Source: Eledone cirrhosa
Lineage: Eukaryota
Assembly: GCA_964016885.1 (NCBI GenBank)
Contig: OZ024746.1
Location: forward strand, 52,204,001 to 52,268,000
Direction: 5' to 3'
DNA: 64,000 nucleotides
The position numbers were made by a program, and so were the translations under genes. Shown one piece after another: positions 55,901 through 64,000 of the stretch (its first letter is position 1; every line of letters begins with the position of its first letter). The notes under the pieces are model-generated. The model did no database searches. It saw nothing but the letters and a program-made list of their open reading frames with translations, and was not told the DNA's origin.

Positions 55901-58900
55901 TGTATGGTATGGAATTCTATGAATTGGGTATGTTATATTTAGTATGGGGTAGTGTATGGTATAGACTGGTGTATATAGGTGTGTTGTATGGTATGGAATT
56001 CTATGTATTGGGTATGTTATACTTAGTATGGAGTAGTGTATGGTATAGAATGGTGTATATATGTGTGTGTTGTATGGTATGGAATTCTATGTATTGGGTA
56101 TGTTATACTTAGTATGGAGTAGTGTATGGCATAGACTGTTGTATATAGGTGTGTGTTGTATGGTATGTAATGCTATGTATTGGGTATGTTATACTTTGTA
56201 TGGAGTAGTGTATGGTATAGAATGGTGTATATAGGTGTGTGTCGTATGGTATTGAATTCTATGTATGGTGTATGTTATACTTAATATGGAGTAGTGTATG
56301 GTATAGAATGGTGTATATAGGTGTGTGTTGTATGGTATGGAATTCGATGAATTGGGTATGTTATATTTAGTATGGAGTAGTGTATGGTATAGCATGGTGT
56401 ATATAGGTGTGTGTTGTATGGTATGGAATTCTATATATTGGGTATGTTATATTTAGTATGGAGTAGTGTATGGCATAGACTGGTGTATATAGGTGTGTGT
56501 TGTATGGTATCGAATGCTATGTATTGGGTATGTTATACTTTGTATGGAGTAGTGTATGGTATAGTATGGTGTATATAGGTGTGTGTTGTATGGAATTCTA
56601 TGTATTGGGTATGTTATACTTAGTATGGAGTAGTTTATGGTATATAATGGTGTATATAGGTGTGTGTTGTATGGTATGGAATTCTATGTACTGATTATGT
56701 TAAACTTAGTATGGAGTAGTGTATGGCATAGAATGGTGTATATATGTGTGTCTTGTATGGTATGGAATTCTATGTTTTCGGTATGTTATACTTAGTATGG
56801 AGTAGTGTATGGTATAGTATGGTGTATATAGGTGTGTGTTGTATGGTAAGGAATTCTATGTATTAGGTATGTTATACTTTGAATAGAGTAGTGTATGGTA
56901 TAGAATGGTGTATATAGGTGTGTGTTGAATGGTAGGGAATTATATGTATTGGGTATGTTATACTTAATATGGAGTAGTGTATGGTATAGAATGGTGTATA
57001 TAGGTGTGTGTTGTACGGTATGGAATTCTATGTATTAGGTATGTTATACTGAGTATGGAGTAGTGTATGGTATAGAATGGTGTATATAGGTGTATGTTGT
57101 ATGGTATGGAATTCTATGAATTGGGTATGTTATATTTAGTATGGAGTAATGTATGGTATAGAATGGTGTATATAGGTGTGTGTTGTATGGTATGGAATTC
57201 TATGTATTGAGTATGTTATATTTAGTATGGAGTAGTGTATGGCATAGACTGGTGTATACAGGTGTGTGTTGTATGGTATGGAATGCTATGTATTGGGTAT
57301 GTTATACTTTGTATGGAGTAGTGTATGGTATAGGATGGTGTATATAGGTGTGTGTTGTATGGTATGGAATTCTATGTATTGGGTATGTTATACTTAGTAT
57401 GGAGTAGTGTATGGTATAGAATGGTGTATATAGGTGTGTGTTGTATGGTATGGAATTCTATATATTGGGTATGTTATCTTTAATATGGAGTAGTGTATGG
57501 TATAGAATGGTGTATAAAGCAGTGTGTTGTATGGTATGGAATTCTATGTATTAGGTATGTTATACTTTGAATAGAGTAGTGTATGATATAGTATGGTATA
57601 TATAGATGTGTGTTGTATGGTATGGAATTCTATGTATTGGGTATGTTATATTTAGTATGGAGAAGTGTATGGTATAGAATGGTGTATATAGGTGTGTGTT
57701 GTATGGTATGGAATTCTATGTATTGGGTATGTTATACTTTGTATGGAGTAGTGTATGTTATAGAATGGTGTATATAGGTGTGTGTTGTATGATATCGAAT
57801 TCTATGTATTGGGTATGTTATACTTTGTATGGAGTAGTGTATGGTATAGAATGGTGTATATAGGTGTGTGTTGTATGGTATGGAATTATATGTATTGGTT
57901 ATGTTATACTTAGTATGGAGTAGTGTATGGTATAGACTGGTGGATATAGGTGTGTGTTGTATGGTATGGAATTCTATGTATTCGGTATGTTATACATAGT
58001 ATGGAGTAGTGTATGGTATAGAATGGTGTATATAGGTGTGTGTTGTATGGTATGGAATTCTATGTATTGGTTATGTTATATTTAGTATGGAGTAGTGTAT
58101 GGTATAGAATGGTGTATATAGGTGTGTGTTGTATGGTATGGAATTCTATGAATTGGTTATGTTATATTTAGTATGGAGTAGTGTATGGTATAGAATGGTG
58201 TATATAGGTGTGTGTTGTATGGTATGGAATTCTATGTATTGGGTATGTTATATTTAGTATGGAGTAGTGTATGGTATAGAATGGTGTATATAGGTGTGTG
58301 TTGTATGGTATGGAATTCTACGTATTGGGTATGTTATACTTAGTATGGAGTAGTGTATGGCATAGACTGTTGTATATAGGTGTGTGTTGTATGGTATGGA
58401 ATGCTATGTATTGGGTATGTTATACTTTGTATGGAGTAGTGTATGGTATAGAATGGTGTATATAGGTGTGTGTTGTATGGTATTGAATTCTATGTATGGT
58501 GTATGTTATACTTAATATGGAGTAGTGTATGGTATAGAATGGTGTATATAGGTGTGTGTTGTATGGTATGGAATTCTATATATTGGGTATGTTATATTTA
58601 GTATGGAGTAGAGTATGGCATAGACTGGTGTATATAGGTGTGTGTTGTATGGTATGGAATGCTATGTATTGGTTATGTTATACTTTGTATGGAGTAGTGT
58701 ATGGTATAGTATGGTGTATATAGGTGTGTGTTGTATGGAATTTTATGTATTGGGTATGTTATTCTTAGTATGGAGTAGTTTATGGTATATAATGGTGTAT
58801 ATAGGTGTGTGTTGTATGGTATGGAATTCTATGTATTGATTATGTTAAACTTAGTATGGAGTAGTGTATGGCATAGAATGTTGTATATAGGTGTGTGTTG

Positions 58901-61900
58901 TATGGTATGGAATTCTATGTATTGGGTATGTTATACTTAGTATGGAGTAGTGTATGCCATAGACTGGTGTATATAGGTGTGTGTTGTATGGTATGGAATT
59001 CTATGTATTCGGTATGTTATACTTAGTATGGAGTAGTGTATGGTATAGTATGGTGTATATAGGTGTGTCTTGTATGGTAAGGAATTCTATGTATTAGGTA
59101 TGTTATACTTAGTATGGAGTAGTATATGGTATAGAATGCTGTATATAGGTGTGTGTCGTATGGTATGGAATTCTATGTATTAGGTATGTTATACTGAGTA
59201 TGGAGTAGTGTCTGTTATAGAATGGTGTATATAGGTGTGTGTTGTATGGTATGTAATTCTATGAATTGGGTATGTTATATTTAGTATGGAGTAGTGTATG
59301 GTATAGAACGGTGTATATAGGTGTGTGTTGTATGGTATGGAATTCTATGTATTGGTTATGTTATATTTATTAGGGAGTAGTGTATGGCATAGACTGGTGT
59401 ATACAGGTGTGTGTTGTATTGTATGGAATGCTATGTATTGGGTATGTTATACTTTGTATGGAGTAGTGTATGGTATAGAATGGTGTATATAGGTGTGTGT
59501 TGTATGGTATGGAATTCTATGTATTGGGTATGTTATACTGTGTATGGAGTAGTGTATGGTATAGAATGGTGTATATATGTGTGTGTTGTATGGTATGGAA
59601 TTCTATGTATTAGGTATGTTATACTGAGTTTGGAGTAGTGTATGGTATAGAATGGTGTATATAGGTGTGTGTTGTATGGTATGGAATTCCATGTATTGGG
59701 TATGTTATATTTAGTATGGAGTAGTGTATGGTATAGAATGGTGTATATAGGTGTGTGTTGTATGGTTTGGAATTCTATGTATTGGGTATGTTATACTTTG
59801 TATGGAGTAGTGTATGGTATAGAATGGTGTATATAGGTGTGTGTTGTATGGTATTGAATTCTATGTATGGTGTATGTTATACTTAATATGGAGTAGTGTA
59901 TGGTATAGAATGGTGTATATAGGTGTGTGTTGTATGGTATGGAATTCTATGAATTGGGTATGTTATATTTAGTATGGAGTAGTGTATGGTATAGCATGGT
60001 GTATATAGGTGTGTGTTGTATGGTATGGAATTCTATATATTGGGTATGTTATATTTAGTATGGAGTAGTGTATGGCATAGCCTGGTGTATATAGGTGTGT
60101 GTTGTATGGTATGGAATTCTATGTATTCGGTATGTTATACTTAGTATGGAGTAGTGTATGGTATAGTATGGTGTATATAGGTGTGTCTTGTATGGTAAGG
60201 AATTCTATGTATTAGGTATGTTATACTTTGAATAGAGTAGTGTATGGTATAGAATGGTGTATATAGGTGTGTGTTGAATGGTAGGGAATTATATGTATTG
60301 GGTATGTTATACTTAATATGGAGTAGTGTATGGTATAGAATGGTGTATATAGGTGTGTGTTGTACGGTATGGAATTCTATGTATTAGGTATGTTATACTG
60401 AGTATGGAGTAGTGTATGGTATAGAATGGTGTATATAGGTGTGTGTTGTATGGTATCGAATTCTATGAATTGGGTATGTTATATTTAGTATGGAGTAATG
60501 TATGGTATAGAATGGTGTATATAGGTGTGTGTTGTATGGTATGGAATTCTATGTATTGGGTATGTTATATTTAGTATGGAGTAGTGTATGGCATAGACTG
60601 GTGTATATAGGTGTGTGTTGTATGGTATGGAATGCTATGTATTGGGTATGTTATATTTGTATGGAGTAGTGTATGGTATAGAATGGTGTATATAGGTGTG
60701 TGTTGTATGGTATGGAATTCTATGTATTGGGTATGTTATACTTAGTATGGAGTAGTGTATGGTATAGAATGGTGTATATAGGTGTGTGTTGTATGTTATG
60801 GAATTCTATATATTGGGTATGTTATCATTAATATGGAGTAGTGTATGGTATAGAATGTTGTATAAAGCAGTGTGTTGTATGGTATGGAATTCTATGTATT
60901 AGGTATGTTATACTTTGAATAGAGTAGTGTATGATATAGTATGGTATATATAGATGTGTGTTGTACGGTATGGAATTCTATGTATTGGTTATGTTATATT
61001 TAGTATGGAGTAGTGTATGGCAAAGGCTGGTGTATATAGGTGTGTGTTGTATTGTATGGAATGCTATGTATTGGGTATGTTATACTTTGTATCGAGTAGT
61101 GTATGGTATAGAATGGTGTATATAGGTGTGTGTTGTATGGTATGGAATTCTATGTATTGGGTATGTTATACTGTGTATGGAGTAGTGTATGGTATAGAAT
61201 GGTGTATATATGTGTGTGTTGTATGGTATGGAATTCTATGTATTAGGTATGTTATACTGAGTTTGGAGTAGTGTATGGTATAGAATGGTGTATATAGGTG
61301 TGTTGTATGGTATGGAATTCTATGTATTGGGTATGTTATACTTAGTATGGAGTAGTGTATGGTATAGAATGGTGTATATAGGTGTGTGTTGTATGGTATG
61401 GAATTCGATGAATTGGGTATGTTATATTTAGTATGGAGTAGTGTATGGCATAGTCTGGTGTATATAGGTGTGTGTTGTATGGTATCGAATGCTATGTATT
61501 GGGTATGTTATACTTTGTATGGAGTAGTGTATGGTATAGTATGGTGTATATAGGTGTGTGTTGTATGGAATTCTATGTATTGGGTATGTTATACTTAGTA
61601 TGGAGTAGTTTATGGTATAGAATGGTGTATATAGGTGTGTGTTGTATGGTATGGAATTCTATGTACTGATTATATTAAACTTAGTATGGAGTAGTGTATG
61701 GCATAGAATGGTGTATATATGTGTGTCTAGTATGGTATGGAATTCTATGTTTTCGGTATGTTATACTTAGTATGGAGTAGTGTATGGTATAGTATGGTGT
61801 ATATAGGTGTGTGTTGTATGGTAAGGAATTCTATGTATTAGGTATGTTATACTTTGAATAGAGTAGTGTATGGTATAGAATGGTGTATATAGGTGTGTGT

Positions 61901-64000
61901 TGAATGGTAGGGAATTATATGTATTGGGTATGTTATACTTAATATGGAGTAGTGTATGGTATAGAATGGTGTATATAGGTGTGTGTTGTACGGTATGGAA
62001 TTCTATGTATTAGGTATGTTATACTGAGTATGGAGTAGTGTATGGTATAGAATGGTGTATATAGGTGTATGTTGTATGGTATGGAATTCTATGAATTGGG
62101 TATGTTATATTTAGTATGGAGTAATGTATGGTATAGAATGGTGTATATAGGTGTGTGTTGTATGGTATGGAATTCTATGTATTGAGTATGTTATATTTAG
62201 TATGGAGTAGTGTATGGCATAGACTGGTGTATACAGGTGTGTGTTGTATGGTATGGAATGCTATGTATTGGGTATGTTATACTTTGTATGGAGTAGTGTA
62301 TGGTATAGGATGGTGTATATAGGTGTGTGTTGTATGGTATGGAATTCTATGTATTGGGTATGTTATACTTAGTATGGAGTAGTGTATGGTATAGAATGGT
62401 GTATATAGGTGTGTGTTGTATGGTATGGAATTCTATATATTGGGTATGTTATCTTTAATATGGAGTAGTGTATGGTATAGAATGGTGTATAAAGCAGTGT
62501 GTTGTATGGTATGGAATTCTATGTATTAGGTATGTTATACTTTGAATAGAGTAGTGTATGATATAGTATGGTATATATAGATGTGTGTTGTATGGTATGG
62601 AATTCTATGTATTGGGTATGTTATATTTAGTATGGAGAAGTGTATGGTATAGAATGGTGTATATAGGTGTGTGTTGTATGGTATGGAATTCTATGTATTG
62701 GGTATGTTATACTTTGTATGGAGTAGTGTATGTTATAGAATGGTGTATATAGGTGTGTGTTGTATGATATCGAATTCTATGTATTGGGTATGTTATACTT
62801 TGTATGGAGTAGTGTATGGTATAGAATGGTGTATATAGGTGTGTGTTGTATGGTATGGAATTCTATGTATTGGTTATGTTATACTTAGTATGGAGTAGTG
62901 TATGGTATAGACTGGTGGATATAGGTGTGTGTTGTATGGTATGGAATTCTATGTATTCGGTATGTTATACATAGTATGGAGTAGTGTATGGTATAGAATG
63001 GTGTATATAGGTGTGTGTTGTATGGTATGGAATTCTATGTATTGGTTATGTTATATTTAGTATGGAGTAGTGTATGGTATAGAATGGTGTATATAGGTGT
63101 GTGTTGTATGGTATGGAATTCTATGAATTGGTTATGTTATATTTAGTATGGAGTAGTGTATGGTATAGAATGGTGTATATAGGTGTGTGTTGTATGGTAT
63201 GGAATTCTATGTATTGGGTATGTTATATTTAGTATCGAGTAGTGTATGGTATAGAATGGTGTATATAGGTGTGTGTTGTATGGTATGGAATTCTACGTAT
63301 TGGGTATGTTATACTTAGTATGGAGTAGTGTATGGCATAGACTGTTGTATATAGGTGTGTGTTGTATGGTATGGAATGCTATGTATTGGGTATGTTATAC
63401 TTTGTATGGAGTAGTGTATGGTATAGAATGGTGTATATAGGTGTGTGTTGTATGGTATTGAATTCTATGTATGGTGTATGTTATACTTAATATGGAGTAG
63501 TGTATGGTATAGAATGGTGTATATAGGTGTGTGTTGTATGGTATGGAATTCTATATATTGGGTATGTTATATTTAGTATGGAGTAGTGTATGGCATAGAC
63601 TGGTGTATATAGGTGTGTGTTGTATGGTATGGAATGCTATGTATTGGGTATGTTATACTTTGTATGGAGTAGTGTATGGTATATTATGGTGTATATAGGT
63701 GTGTGTTGTATGGAATTCTATGTATTGGGTATGTTATACTTAGTATGGAGTAGTTTATGGTATATAATGGTGTATATAGGTGTGTGTTGTATGGTATGGA
63801 ATTCTATGTATTGATTATGTTAAACTTAGTATGGAGTAGTGTATGGCATAGAATGTTGTATATAGGTGTGTGTTGTATGGTATGGAATTCTATGTATTGG
63901 GTATGTTATACTTAGTATGGAGTAGTGTATGCCATAGACTGGTGTATATAGGTGTGTGTTGTATGGTATGGAATTCTATGTATTCGGTATGTTATACTTA
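49980..64000. repeat. Domain C': duplicated and further rearranged copies of domain C
   Basis: Near-identical ORF pairs occur at offsets 17612 (32965/50577), 16924 (36658/53582), 19239 (36400/55639, 37258/56497, 39403/58642) and 24214 (37258/61472, 39403/63617). Confidence 0.88.

Larger units (their letters stand above)
1..64000. repeat. Tandem satellite array of an 86 bp monomer (about 745 head-to-tail copies, single orientation, runs to both window edges)
   Basis: ATGGTATGGAATTC starts at 1 and 87, and at 861 (10 x 86 later). The same unit, with a few substitutions or small indels per copy, continues to 64000. No unique or inverted sequence was seen. Confidence 0.99.

Noticed and set aside
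923-63814. All 60-84 aa ORFs in the supplied track (V/Y/G/M/W/C-rich on +, H/T/Y/I/P-rich on -)
   Set aside because: They are translations of the satellite. Because 86 is not a multiple of 3, frames rotate and hit TAG/TGA stops within 2-3 monomers, and longer ORFs arise only where a variant removes a stop. I used them only as alignment markers.
1-64000. CRISPR array or other repeat-spacer system
   Set aside because: There are no unique spacers, since every part of the unit is repeated with only point variants. No leader or cas genes are present.
1-64000. Telomeric repeat
   Set aside because: The strand is G/T-rich but has no TTAGGG, TTAGG or TTTAGGG tandem runs. The 86 bp diverged monomer with higher-order structure does not fit telomerase synthesis. 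A subtelomeric location is not excluded.
1-64000. Human HSat2/HSat3 or alpha satellite
   Set aside because: The dominant pentamer is GTATG, not GAATG, and GGAAT appears only about once per monomer. I saw no CENP-B box or alphoid similarity.
1-64000. Bisulfite-converted or deaminated sequence explaining the lack of C
   Set aside because: Non-CpG cytosines are retained at fixed monomer positions (GAATTC, ATACT) in most copies.
1-64000. Canonical G-quadruplex array
   Set aside because: There is only one GGG run per 86 bp. At most weak two-tier structures could form from the GG doublets.

Overview
The whole 64 kb window is one uninterrupted, single-orientation tandem satellite array, typical of eukaryotic heterochromatin; a (peri)centromeric or subtelomeric location cannot be decided from the sequence. 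The monomer is 86 bp, consensus ATGGTATGGAATTCTATGTATTGGGTATGTTATACTTAGTATGGAGTAGTGTATGGTATAGAATGGTGTATATAGGTGTGTGTTGT, in about 745 copies. It is about 34% GC, has 27 G versus 2 C on the + strand, carries one EcoRI site and has no consensus CpG. I found no genes, RNA genes, transposons or CRISPR arrays, and all listed ORFs are translations of the satellite. I do not recognise the satellite family and see no new protein-based system. The information is in the variant pattern, which I traced by eye. It shows a nested hierarchy (GTATG pentamer, 52+34 bp subunits, 86 bp monomer, 9-10-mer, 22-35-mer higher-order repeats), three variant domains arranged A-B-C-B'-C', and a ~17.2 kb tandem duplication with a breakpoint at 39742-39770. 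It also shows a 34 bp subunit present in 1, 2 or 3 copies, and an apparent in-register gene-conversion tract at ~43.2-43.7 kb whose best in-window match lies 34.3 kb upstream. Coordinates are hand-counted and need confirmation by alignment.
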